DNA of 64,000 nucleotides from Dicyema japonicum (taxonomy: Eukaryota; Animalia; Dicyemida), in assembly GCA_011109175.1 (NCBI GenBank), contig RDEW01000034.1, forward strand, positions 325,481-389,480, written 5' to 3'. Shown here piece after piece: positions 51,000 through 62,727 of the stretch (its first letter is position 1; each line of letters begins with the position of its first letter). The notes beneath the pieces are model-generated. The model saw only the letters and a list, made by a program, of their open reading frames with translations, made no database searches and had not been told where the DNA came from. The position numbers and the translations under genes are program-made.

Positions 51000-52870
51000 N
51001 CACTTTTTAATAAATTAAATACTCTCTCCATTTTCATTGGCATATGAAAGTTTATATTTCGATATCTTCAATAATACCTTAAACGTCCATGTCCTATCTT
51101 TGAAATCCCTTGCAGTATTATATAAAAAGGATTCTCTCATTTACAAACTATAGCTATTTCATTTACTAGTGCAATATGAATTGTGTGATAGGCTTTCTGA
51201 TATAAATTAATTCAAAATAATACTCTTAATTTTTATTCTTCATCCTTTAGTAGTTAGTGAAATGGAATTCTTTTCACTTTTTCTGTAAATATTTCCTCCA
51301 ATTGTTTTGTAATAAATTTAAGTTCTCCATTGTTAGCACTGCTTTGTACATTAGTCCTTACTATTCTGTCCTCTCAATTCCAAATCATCTCTTGTTCACA
51401 GTTTGAACGAAGGTAATTAACATGACTTGAGGCACATTTACTATCACTTGGAATGGCATATAGCTAAAGTATATTTGCGTACTAACCTGTAGTCTATTAG
51501 TCAATATATTATTTGGACACACAGTCCCAATATCCACATGGTACATCAATGGTGTACAAATAAATGTGGATGATTTCAAATATCCAATTCGTTTAAGCAG
51601 TCATCATACACTCCAAAATACATATTATGTTCCTCAGAGAATAAAAGATGTAGAACAGAACGAATATTATTAGTTAACCATTCAATGGTAGATCACTCTT
51701 TAAATTATTATAATTACCACAATTCTAAATTTATATGGTATATCAGTTCTAAAAGTCCACTTTCTAATCCTCCACGTGCCCACATATATGTATCTGATTA
51801 TATTACTTGTCCATCTCAGTAAAACAATCTGCTTCCATATGGTTGATTGTCCCACTTTAGTAACCTGTGTCAATAGTACCTAAAGAGAGTGCCTGTCCCT
51901 TTTCTTTGGACCTTAAATAATATGTATTAACAACCTCATCAAGAATGTGTAATAATTAATGGAAACATATAAGTGTGAATAAAATCAAATAATAAGTAGC
52001 AACAGCATCAGAGTGAGCTTCGAAGGATTGAAGATCCTCACTTCCTTAGAATACACATCTTCAGGGTCCACCTCAACTGTTTCATACATCAATTTAGTTC
52101 GGTTACTCCTTTAAGTCCCTGACTCCTAATTGGTAAATAACTATCTCTTTTCACTCATCTAATATAACAATAAAATAAACTTATCCATAATACATGCACA
52201 ACGACAAATATAATCTCCTTGATAACCCTTCTTTATTCCAATCTCATCACACATGGTTATATGAAATGAAGCTCTAGCATCTTAAATGTGACAAATGCAT
52301 CCGCTGAAATTGTATCACATGGTCAAGAAAGTAGTCAATGCAGATTTCTGTTAATAATATAAATATAACTTCATCTGGCTGATTTATCATGTGAACTTTC
52401 CACCAACACCAGGAATGGGTATATACTCAAAATCATGAACATTATGAGGTACCACATCACGATTAATGACTAGAAATCTCTATATGACATAGATATGATA
52501 CCTTTCTATAAAGAAAATCGAAGTCATATATCCTCCAAATTGTTATTCTTCTGAATGCTTGTCCAATGAGAACATCATCATACGTTACGTAAAAAATGCT
52601 TTATAGATCATAGTTAGCTTTTGTTACAATTCAACATACTTTAAGTTGTTTCCATCCTCCTCCATAAAAAAGGTTGACTGATGGCACAAGTTGACCATAC
52701 TAATCAGTTGTAACGCTCTTCTCTTATAATGTATGATATACAGACTTCATATTGATTAAAAAACCTTCCTTTCTGATATTTTGTCATTATTCATAGCAGT
52801 ATCTCTGTCATAAAATAATTTCCTTCTTTTTGCATTTACCGGCTATCAATCTTTGTTTCCCACTGTTTGA
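51000..52870 (-). pseudogene. Decayed multi-exon host gene with ultrashort introns, product not identified
   Basis: GT-AG candidates at 52618-52639, 52480-52501, 52348-52369, 52159-52180 (all 22 nt) and 51464-51486 (23 nt) separate less AT-rich segments; residual stops in all frames. Confidence 0.5.
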
Positions 52871-52939
52871 TTTATTTAAATTTAATATTTTAAATATTAA
52901 TTTAATATTAATAATATTTATTTTATCACTACTTTAGAA

Positions 52940-53260
52940 TAAGATGCTTGGTTGCAAGGTCCTCGTTATTCCTATAGTAATGACGTGGGAAGGAATTGCA
53001 ACAAAGTACCACAAGGGTTATCTGAAGCAGTTGGGGGTAGATAGGAAGCTCCAGGCTTATTTACAGTCCACTATGTTAAAGCGGAACCTAGAGAGCCTGA
53101 CACTGGAGTATAGGAAGCAGAGCTCTGAGATGCCATATGGGCAGAGGGTTCAATTGGACAAGGCGCTCTCGGAGTTGTTTCAGCAACCAGAATCGAACTT
53201 GCCTGAGGAGGCTGGCAAACAGGCAGGCGAAGAAGGTTGTTTATTATTAAATATTAACTT
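52940..53260 (+). mobile_element. R4/Dong-like REL retrotransposon 3' end
   Basis: ORF 52944-53279: CKVLVIPIVMTWEGIATKYHKGYLKQLGVDRKLQAYLQSTMLKRNLESLTLEYR. Confidence 0.75.
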
Positions 53261-53379
53261 TTTGTTGTTTGTTAAATAAAGTGGATCTTTAGAATAAAAC
53301 CAAAAGATTTAAAAATAGTTATTAATATTAATAATTCGATGTTCAGTCTGCTGTATCGGACTACAAATTTTATGGATAG

Positions 53380-55230
53380 GTTTTCGGTGTGCACAAGTAT
53401 TTACTTTCCGGATTACATTGCTTTTGGATGATAAATGATCGGATTATCGTCATTCAATTACTTATTGGACCCAGAGGGAAATCTAGACAGCTAATTTCTC
53501 TTGTAAATGTGTACGTCACACATAGTGGCCGCGTTTTTAAGACTGGAAGAATTGGACGCTTTTTACAAAGATCTTGTCAAGATTGTATTTCACCTGAAGT
53601 CTTTTTCATTCATCTTATTACGGGCGATTGAATGCTTTTGACTTTTTCCTATGCAACACCCAATTCAAACATTCCGGACGTCATAAAACAATCTGGGAAT
53701 GCTCCTGACTTTCGAACACTAAAATTCCGATAAAGATTTATAATTGATTATATTGTTTTTCGAATAATAGACAAATCTCTGTACGCGACTCGAGGTCTTA
53801 TGGATGACTCATTCTTATCAGTGACCACAGAATTATGTATTCAAAATTCAATCTAAATCTGATCTAACTGGGGAAGATGGCTATGAGATTAACACTCGAA
53901 ATCTAAGTAGATGTTTCATCCAAACACAATGTGGTAGGAATTCCACGAGATCATGAAGGAGGAATATGACTGAACTCTTGGACTAGTTGCAAGAATGCAA
54001 ACAGAATATCAAGAGTGTGTATCAGAGTCTATCAGAAGTATAGGAACGGATCTTCAACCGGGATAGACATGGTATGAAACTGTGAGAGGGATCTTTCCCG
54101 CAGCTGACGAACACCTTGGGAAACCTAAGACTTGCTAGCCCTATTGTATCTGCAGAAGGATTTAAGGATCAGATCCGAAAATAATGTGAATCCGCAAACT
54201 GTTTCTAAACTGAAACGAGAAAGAAGGCGAATTGAGAGAAAATCAAACTCTTAAACGACATCACCACCCACTTGGATACAAAATTAAATAAGTCGAACTC
54301 TTTAACAGCGCTGTAACATTTATGGCTATTCGACTAATGAAAAGGGAGAACCAATCAGGAGAGCTTCTGCAAGACAGAAATGTAAAAAGAATAGAAACTG
54401 CTACCGAACTGACAAAGTTCGGCGCATGACACTTTGAACAATTTTTCTTTGTGAAAGGAGAAAAATCTGACTTAGCAAGAAGAAACCAAACTCGAACGGA
54501 TCATCTTACCGGAGGAGGTCACTAGAGTGATAAAGAAGCTCAAATTTGGTCGCTCTCTAGACCAGACAACATATTATCAGAACTGTTAAAGTTTGGTTCA
54601 GCTGAACTTGCAGTGAAACTCTCAAGATTACTAATTGTTGTGATAGCTAACAAGACTTTTCATATTAATACCAGTCCAGATAGGATCTGTTAAAAACTTG
54701 AGTCCTGTCATCCATCTAAACAACCCGTCAAAAGATCCTTGCCCTGATCGTATTTAATCGGATCCAAGAACCAGTGAACGGATACTTGACTCATCGCCAA
54801 AGTCGGTTCATGACAGAGATCAACAGCTGATATATTATGATTTCATGGGTGACAGTGTGCTATTCAGCAAAGACTCCAAAGATCAATGTTTATTTTTGGA
54901 ATTGATCTCACCACAGTTTTCGATACAGTACGTCTAGGAAAACTCATGCTTGAAAGTTTCCTGGATTAGGACTCGGTCACAATAATCCGGATCCTCCTAT
55001 CAAACCAGTGTACCGAAAACTGTAGACAGATCATAAAACTTTGCCCTTTTCTTGGGGACTCGGAAGACATTTCCAGATGGAAATTGTTATCTACGGTGAC
55101 CATGAAATAGCTTTTGAACAGGTGGAGACAAAAGCGTCCAGTCTGCACATCACTTCAACTCAGATTGTAAGAGATAGTCGTAAAACCGATCCTTATGTAC
55201 AACTCTAAAAGTTACTGGTGCGCAATTGGG
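53380..55230 (+). mobile_element. Decayed RTE-clade LINE (APE plus RT)
   Basis: INDRIIVIQL...ISLVNVY, VRDSRSY, SDHRIM (APE); EEVTRVIKKLKFGRS, FGIDLTTVFDTV, IVKPILMYN (RT). Confidence 0.75.
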
Positions 55231-56020
55231 TGCCAATTTGATAGATGACCTCTTTAATTACTTCATTAAGGTTTAAGTCCCCGGCCAACTGATTGAGAGC
55301 TTGGTGAGGGGATTTTTGATTAGTGGCAGTAAATTCTTCCCTATAGCTAGCTGTCCCCTTATCACAATTCTTCCGCTCCTATTTCAAAACTAATTAATTC
55401 TTGAAGAGCGGCTAACTGCTGTTGCAAGTTCAAAATTGAAGAGGCAGTCATCTATTGTTTCGTACCAATAATGAATTATCATCCTCCATCATTTTCTTCT
55501 TCATCCCCCGAATTGAATAAGGCTGAAATGTTGAATAAATTTAATATCAATGTTATCATAATTATCACATATAATACTGTCTAAATCTCCACAATGATCG
55601 TAAATGTACTCTTCATCAATGGTTATAAGCATGTTTCTTTACTATCAACAGAATCAGAATGGTGGGCACTCCATATATCAGTACGTTGATCACCCTCTTC
55701 ATCCTCGCAACTATTTTCCCATTTTCCACATGTTGAACTATAAGCACTATCCTCCCTTGCATTTAAATCCTGACATAAGGTATGCTCTGTTTCTAAATCT
55801 GATTTAAGATCCTTTAATGACCGTGGGTACGATCACGGCAATGGCTACTGGTAACCCTTGTTGGTGGGGTTAATTTTTTGTCCCGATCCTTAGAAAGCTG
55901 GTTTTCGTATTACTTTAATTTTTTGATTGTTTAAAGAATAAATAATTTCCAATTTTATATTGCACTTTTGGAGATCTTCAAAAGATTGCTTAAACACGTT
56001 CTTGTTTTAGTGGTGTAAAG

Positions 56021-56090
56021 CAGTTGTCCCAACCGGTGGGCCGGGGACCGGTTCCAGTCCGTAACCAATTGGTATGGGACCGCACAAGAA
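56021..56090. mobile_element. hAT (Charlie/Buster-type) terminus remnant
   Basis: cagttgtcccaaccggtgggccggggaccggttccagtccg resembles CAGTGGTCCCCAACC-type termini with GC-rich subterminal motifs. Confidence 0.5.
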
Positions 56091-56300
56091 ATACACTTTA
56101 TAAATATATTTTTATACATGTGCGCATTTTAAAGTAATTTATCTCAGTTTCTACACTTTGTCATAAACATAGTAATGACCTTTATACCCTTGGGAATATA
56201 GCTCTTCTATAGAGTTCAATATTTTTCTGTTTATTTTGCTGTTGATGCTGGCATTGCTTTAACTGATAATATTGTTTCAATAATTTAACTAATCGGCCCA

Positions 56301-56681
56301 CTATATCTTCATCAACCATCTCCCTTTTCTCAAAGCTGTCTTGCTTATTCCTGCATGTTTTAACCGATTCTTCTGTTTTGCAATACTTTCTAGTTGTCCC
56401 CTCAGGTGTTCCGATAATACCCTCTTTGTGGTGGTTTCAGTATATTGTTGTGCACTTTTCAATTGTTTGTTTTTACTTTCCTCTTTGTTTGCTTTGGTTG
56501 CGCTTATTGCTTTCTCAACAAGTTGTTTGTCTACTTTCAAACCACGTTGCAACGATGCTAATTTCGTAATGATAGGCTCTACCTTTTCTTTATTTTGGGA
56601 AAATACTTCTTGTAATGCTGCAACCGCCAATGATTTCCATTCCTTCTGATACAATGGAAATGGCGTACTTTCATCCTTCAT
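56301..56681 (-). CDS. Uncharacterised 126-aa K/Q/E-rich (coiled-coil-like) ORF
   Basis: Open ORF from the track; no motif recognised; may be a fragment of a host gene or TE ORF. Confidence 0.25.
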   Translation of the reverse strand: MKDESTPFPLYQKEWKSLAVAALQEVFSQNKEKVEPIITKLASLQRGLKVDKQLVEKAISATKANKEESKNKQLKSAQQYTETTTKRVLSEHLRGQLESIAKQKNRLKHAGISKTALRKGRWLMKI

Positions 56682-56879
56682 TCCTGAACTGACCTATGCG
56701 TTTCTTCCTTGCAACCTAAATCTAAATCCACCTCCAAAGAAGCATGGGTTTCAGTCATTGTTAGTTGTTATTTCAAGTGAGTTAGTGGGGCAAGCAATTG
56801 TCTAAATTGACTCCTGTTGTTCCTCTGAGTACAAAGAACCGCTGTTGCTATCCCAATATAGCTTGGTTACATGAATCCA

Positions 56880-57180
56880 TAAAATTGCTAAAATACTCAT
56901 ATGTTTACATCGCCTTCGTAAATCACTTCTAATTACTCATAGTTATAGCACTGTGAGTTCCCTCATAGCTGCTTCCAAATAGATCTTGAACACTAAAGTG
57001 GAGAGGGAGTCTCCTTGAGAGGAGCCCGAGAGTAGAATTCTGATCATTCTCAGGCTTGACCCATCGAAAAATTATTCCTTATTTTTTATGCATGTTAACC
57101 ACTTCTTGATAAGTCTATTACAGAATGTTGATGCGTTGTTGTATTTGCACCTCCATCTGAGGGTCCAAATACACTTTGAC
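56880..57180 (-). mobile_element. RTE-like RT fragment
   Basis: GSSQGDSLSTLVFKIYLEAAMREL; VIYEGDV (cf. YADD). Confidence 0.65.
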
Positions 57181-58069
57181 GTTTTGGTAAGAGGATGCTT
57201 TATTCGTTACAGCAAAGATTGTCAAACGGTGTGCCGCGAAAAAAATTTCTAACGTGCCGCCGACCAAATACAAATTTGAATAAATATATTTACACTTTTT
57301 GGTTTATATCAATTCATGTCTCAATTTAAAAAGGTTAACAAAAAAATAATTATTAAAATTAAATTAATCAATTTTTTATTATATGTGACAGTAATAAGCT
57401 CATTAGAAAACGACATATATATAAATTATATGTAACAAAAAATATATTTTAAAAAAGTATAACGTATCTGAATGGATTTAGTGGGTCTCGACAAGGAAAT
57501 ACTTGAAAAATAAAAAATTCAAGATTCAATCCAAGCCAATTTGGGCAGAAAATATGGTATTATAACGACCATTCAATAAATTAATGTCGAAAAATCTATT
57601 AAACATTAAAATAAAAAAAACTAAGCAAAAATTAACATTTAGTATTAAAAATAATTCTTTTCTTAGCCCTTTCCCTTAATAACTAAAATAAGTTCCATAC
57701 AGTTAATACTCCTAGTCTAACATAAACCCTAACCTTAATCCCTATCCATAAATATAAACTCTATTTTAAACAGCAATTTTTATTCTTAAACCTAAAAACA
57801 TCATAAAACCTATCCCTTAACCATCCATGTCTATTATAACCATAACTTTGACGAATTCAAATCATAAAAATAGCTAAGTGTGATCTCATCCCTAAAGCAA
57901 TTTTCAACATCCACCATAATCAATACAAACATCAATCATAATCAATACCTAATTTCACTCCTAATCAAAATCTCCACGTTAAGCCAAAAATAAAAAAATA
58001 TTTCTTTAATGGAAAGTCATAACTTAACTTTGGTTGAGGTGGTGACGTCCTTCTTGAAAAGTATGTCTG

Positions 58070-58520
58070 ATAAACACGAAAATTGCAACCTAAATGACTT
58101 CTCTCTTTTAACGTTCAATGTCAAAGGACTCTCTAGTGCATAGAAAAGAACAGAACTATGTGAAGACCTTTCAAAATACAAGATATCAATCGGATGTCTC
58201 CAAGAGACAAAAATATCGAAGGAGTTTGAAATCTTATAAAGAGAACAGGAACTGAGCCAATATCATGTGAGATTACTGATTCAAGATGGATGCTCTTTGG
58301 ACACATACTCCACCACGATATGGGGACCCCTCCAACATAGCAATGGAGGAATATTTTGTCTTAGAAGCTTCTCGTTTCCGCGGCCGTCGAGGACAAAACT
58401 GCCGGTTATTCTAGATGAAGATCTTAGGATACGCTACGGAACATGGCAACCGGATCGAAAAAAATGGGGGACGTTAATTAGATTGTTAACTTTTCGTGTT
58501 GCACATGCTTTGTCATGAAC
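58070..58520 (+). mobile_element. RTE-like AP endonuclease N-terminal fragment
   Basis: LLTFNVKGLSS...ELCEDLSKYKISIGCLQETKI. Confidence 0.7.
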
Positions 58521-58559
58521 TTTGGCATCGCGTACGTGCCTATAATAATAAATAATAAC

Positions 58560-59400
58560 TTAACTGTTGTTAATGTGGAAATTGTATAAAAATAGAACTA
58601 CTGATGAATTATCGGATTATGCATTGGAGTCTATAGAATATTTTGGTGGCAAAGATAAAAATATTAGATTAAAAGTCAAATTGTATTGTGGTTTGTTACT
58701 TTAAAGACAAAACTCTGAGGAAATTCACATCGAATTGCAGCAGACAGGATGGAAGAAAGCGTAAATGGAAATACGATGAAGATGGGTTCAAAATTCGCGG
58801 CATGGTTATTTTAAGGTATAACATCATTAAATATTATTTAGACAGGATAATGATACCAATACGAGACAATTTCCGTTATAAATTCAAGTTTGCAGTGACA
58901 CTGAAAAAATAGACAATATGAGTAAAATTGTTGCTGATATACCAATGACAGAATTCAAATCGATTGACCTAAAAATGAAAAATTTCCTTTTTTGTTATCT
59001 GTGATGACGTCGCATTGAAGTCGCCGAAAATTAAAAAAAATCTTCCTGAACTATGTATGGCCCGCGCAGATATTTACAATCTGATAACGAGACCGAATTC
59101 AAGAATACATGCTAAGTTATGTGAGAATTGAACATCACTCAAATCCATGGAAGCCAAGTAATCCACAATATCAGAAGGCTTGTTGAGAGAGTCAATCAGA
59201 CATCACATGAATTATCAAGAGCTAAAAATCTGAACTTCCAGGCTCAAGTTATATGTGTCACTGGAATAAGCATACTCATACCTTATATGAAGGATCTCTC
59301 CAGCAAATTTCTTGAAGGCCTTCCAAATTTTGTGAATAAAATTATAGGAATATATGAGAGTGAAGATGAACAAAATTCAAATTTACTTTTGTAAATAACA
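58560..59400 (+). mobile_element. rve (retroviral-type DDE) integrase remnant, Ginger/GIN-like
   Basis: KIVADIPM...IDL, QSDNETEFKN (cf. QSDNGxEF), ITQIHG...LVERVNQT; frameshifted. Confidence 0.65.
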
Positions 59401-59792
59401 ATATAAATCAATTCAAAACTGAAAACTAATGAAATAAAATATTAAAATACTTCACATAATTCTTCATTATTAGAAGTTGCAACATGAAATGATAAATCAA
59501 AGAACTATTTTATAGAAGTTTGACAAATCTTGCACATTCAATAGCAAAGAAATATTAATAGAAACAAACATATATAAATACTAAAGACACAACACACAGC
59601 CCACAAGAAGGCACTCATTGCATGTATGAAAACTTAATAATAATGGTTAACCATATTAAAATATAAATTCAACTAATATAATAATATTTTAAATTATTTA
59701 TTTGATTTATCAAAGTTGCTTTTATTAACTTTTATTTTCGGATTTTCGGAAGCTATTTTAGTATAGGACTATATACAAACAATACATTGAAC

Positions 59793-60121
59793 GATTTACG
59801 GCGTGGCGCCATGTGGTGCTGCGTGGTTAATTGGTTTGAAGTTTTCTGTTTGCTTGTCTGTTCCTTCTCTCTCATCCTATTAGAGTGGTGTCATGTGATC
59901 CACTTCTCTAGGTGGCGCCCAGTGCCAGGCCGGCATGAAAAAGGATTATTTACTCTTCCCCACTCCGCTGGAGGGGTTTCCACAATGCAACTATGACGTC
60001 TTTTACCATAGTTGTTGATTTCGGATGGAATCTTGTTTCTGTAGAAGTGGAAACTGGATACACTTAATTAGTTGTTTACTTTAACTTCTTTCTCGGTATC
60101 CGGGGTTAATAAATAAAAATA
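59793..60121 (+). mobile_element. SINE-like family B, full-length with 12-bp TSD and A-rich tail
   Basis: aatacattgaac at 59781-59792 and 60122-60133; ends ggggttaataaataaaaata; homologous to 2261-2585 and 8121-8297. Confidence 0.9.
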
Positions 60122-60239
60122 AATACATTGAACCATGCATCTCACACGCATGTGATATCTGTGCCCTATCATCTCTTTGACAAATGTCTTGGAGATTGAG
60201 GCTAGCTGAAAAGATCCAGTCATTCAGCCGATACGTGCT

Positions 60240-61081
60240 TGTGTGGGTCGAGGAGGAGCATCTTATTTTTGACTAAAAAAATTGAAGAAGATGCTTCATT
60301 TACGCTGAAGAATTTACAAAATTCTTTATTTGATGTGAAAAGAAAAAATGTCTCTCAATCGACAATAAATAGGACGCTAGAGACATTTGGATATAGTTTA
60401 AAAAAATCAATTTGTACCTATGGCGAGAAATTCTACAATAAATATGGAAGAAAGATATAGATCTGCCAGAAAAATAATTGAAGTTGATAATCAACGGCTT
60501 ATTTTTATAGACGAAATGGGAGTCAATTGTTTGATGAGATCCAAATTTGGAAGATCTATAAAAGGAGTTACTTCGAAAAAATGTACTAGAAACATAAGAG
60601 AGAAAATTTCGCTATTTGTGCTGCTATTTCTGTGGACGGCCTTTTACATTACGGAATCAATTCCTCTCCTTATTGCGCGGAGACGTTCATTGATATTGTA
60701 ATGCAGCTTAATTATAAGCTTGAACATGCAGGGAAAAAAGTATGGTTATATATTTAAGACATGGTATTGATTTGTGACAATGCATCAATTCACAAGAGCG
60801 AGCAATTAAAAAATGTTGTATTCGGAACTGGTGTCCAATTAATTTTTAACGTGTATAGGGTATGAATTGTATTTTTTGCCTCCTTATACTCCTCAACTTA
60901 ATCCAATTGAAGAGTTTTTTTCTGTTTGGAAAAATAACATCAAAAAGAAAAATTGTAGAAACTCGATGAATTAATAAACGCAATCCAGAACATCGGAGAA
61001 ATTCCATCAGATGTGTGCAATAATTTGTACAGCCATATGCGGAGCCATTTAGTTAAAGCATTGGCTAATGAAGAATTTTAA
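60240..61081 (+). mobile_element. Tc1/IS630-like DD34E transposase, near full-length pseudogene with ultrashort intron(s)
   Basis: FTLKNLQ...VSQSTINRTL (HTH), LIFIDEMG, ICDNASIHK. Splicing 60831-60858 gives VFGTGYELLFLPPYTPQLNPIEEFFSVWK (34 residues between D and E); stop 61079-61081; single-base frameshifts near 60415 and 60600. Confidence 0.9.
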
Positions 61082-61199
61082 TTTATGTTGTTTTTTTTCA
61101 ATTAATTATAAAATTGGTTTCTTTTAATTTGACCCTTTACAAAGTTATTAAGTATTTTGACAAAAAAATAAAAGTCAATTAAATAATCAACCACATAAT

Positions 61200-61590
61200 T
61201 ATTCATCAAATATTGGCGCAAACCTGAAGTTATGGTTGAGAAATTCCTCGAGCGGTGGCCAGGGGCGAGTATACCTAATAATCGATGTTCCACATCGAGA
61301 CTATTAGCAAATGGCGTTCCTCGGGGTTCCCCATTATCACCCCTTTTATTCAATCTTATGACGAATAACTTAATAATTCTACAAGGTGACAACGACATAC
61401 TAATGTCCTATGCGGATGATATAGTCGTTGCATCGAGGGATGTGAGTAACTTCATGATGGTTTTTCTAGGAAATTTAAGAGACTCCAATGGCCTAAATGG
61501 ATTGGATTTATCTAAAAGCAGTGCATTGAACCTACAATTGGCTATGATGTGCAGCTCGGGAGACAAACCTTGCCACAACGAACTTGACTA
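61200..61590 (+). mobile_element. LINE RT fragment
   Basis: NGVPRGSPLSPLLFNL, LMSYADDIVVAS. Confidence 0.85.
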
Positions 61591-61854
61591 AGATCTATAA
61601 AGTTCAATCAAAGGCACTGAAACTATTGAAGGAGTCTTTTTAAAAGGAAATTCTGTCCAGAAGCTTTGAACTATGATTATTGCGACCGGCAATGGCGATT
61701 AACCCCATCCTCATCGTAAATGTACTGGAACACAGTCTGAAAACAGAAAAAAATGCGATGACTGCTGTGGGAGGCCGGGATCACCTGAATTTTCTCGTTT
61801 TGGCTATGACGGTGACTTTTTAGGCTCAATAAAATTAAAATAAATAAAGTTATT

Positions 61855-62290
61855 CAAAATTATCATTTTTATCCGACTTTGACTGATCATTTGAATTATT
61901 AGATTCTTCGATCATCTCGTTGCTATAAAGGAGTAGTATCCGGACTTCTCTGATCCTCTCTCTCAACTTGTAAGATGACATGAACGCTGTTAATATGTAG
62001 CATCACGTCCAACGTATTCCCCGCCATTACTCCATATTATAAACTACCCGTTGCATTTCTGACTCATCTATGTAAATCTGGGGGAACTCATCGTCAAATT
62101 CATTCTCGCTTACTAACTCGACCTCCTTAGGTGACTTAAGTTAAAATCAAACTTATTCTTTGCTTTCTTATCCTTACCGCGACACATTTTGATCGGAGTT
62201 GACAGAAGTTGCTGAAATATTTGGCGTGGACCTACGTAAATCAACATAGGAATTCACAAAAAATGTACTTCCTCTATTCATTGCCACTAA
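61855..62290 (-). repeat. Paralogous gene-like segment, copy 1
   Basis: Aligns with 62728-63200; ends SNEMIEESNNSNDQSKSDKNDNFE-stop. Confidence 0.6.
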
Positions 62291-62600
62291 AACCAGTGAA
62301 GTGTCGAAAATGCATCATCCATCCCTTCCAGCCCCAATAGACCAATCAGAATTCTATCTCTCGATGGATATCCGGGTAAACCTGGCTCGTCTACGATGTA
62401 AGCACCCTCTCGCTGTACCGATGTACGCAAGTAAACTGGATGATTTAAAAGATATCCACTGTTCCTTCTGCAACCTCTCCGAGTTGACAAAAAATCACCT
62501 TTTGAATGTCTTGAAAGAGTACAATGTTCGTCTACAAGACTGACCGATCTAAGAAAGCGACCGGTATTTGCTGCGAATAGCCGCTGGTCTCCTACAAGTT
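62290..62600 (+). mobile_element. LINE C-terminal zinc-knuckle and 3' end remnant
   Basis: IRVNLARLRCKH...HCSFCNLSELTKNHLL (RLR-G-H and CxxC...HLL pattern of LINE ORF2 ends). Confidence 0.6.
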
Positions 62601-62727
62601 ATGAGGCAGGGATAATTAACTAATTTGAAAATCACAAAACAAGGTTTATATTCTAAATTTTATTAAAAAAGCGAAAATTTAAAAAAATCGTTAATTCGCG
62701 GATTTTTTAAAAGTACTGTGACATGCT

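Noticed and set aside
57600-58020. Confident NUMT call
   Set aside because: Manual translation under the invertebrate mitochondrial code gave no recognisable mitochondrial protein or long open frame; kept only as a compositional anomaly.
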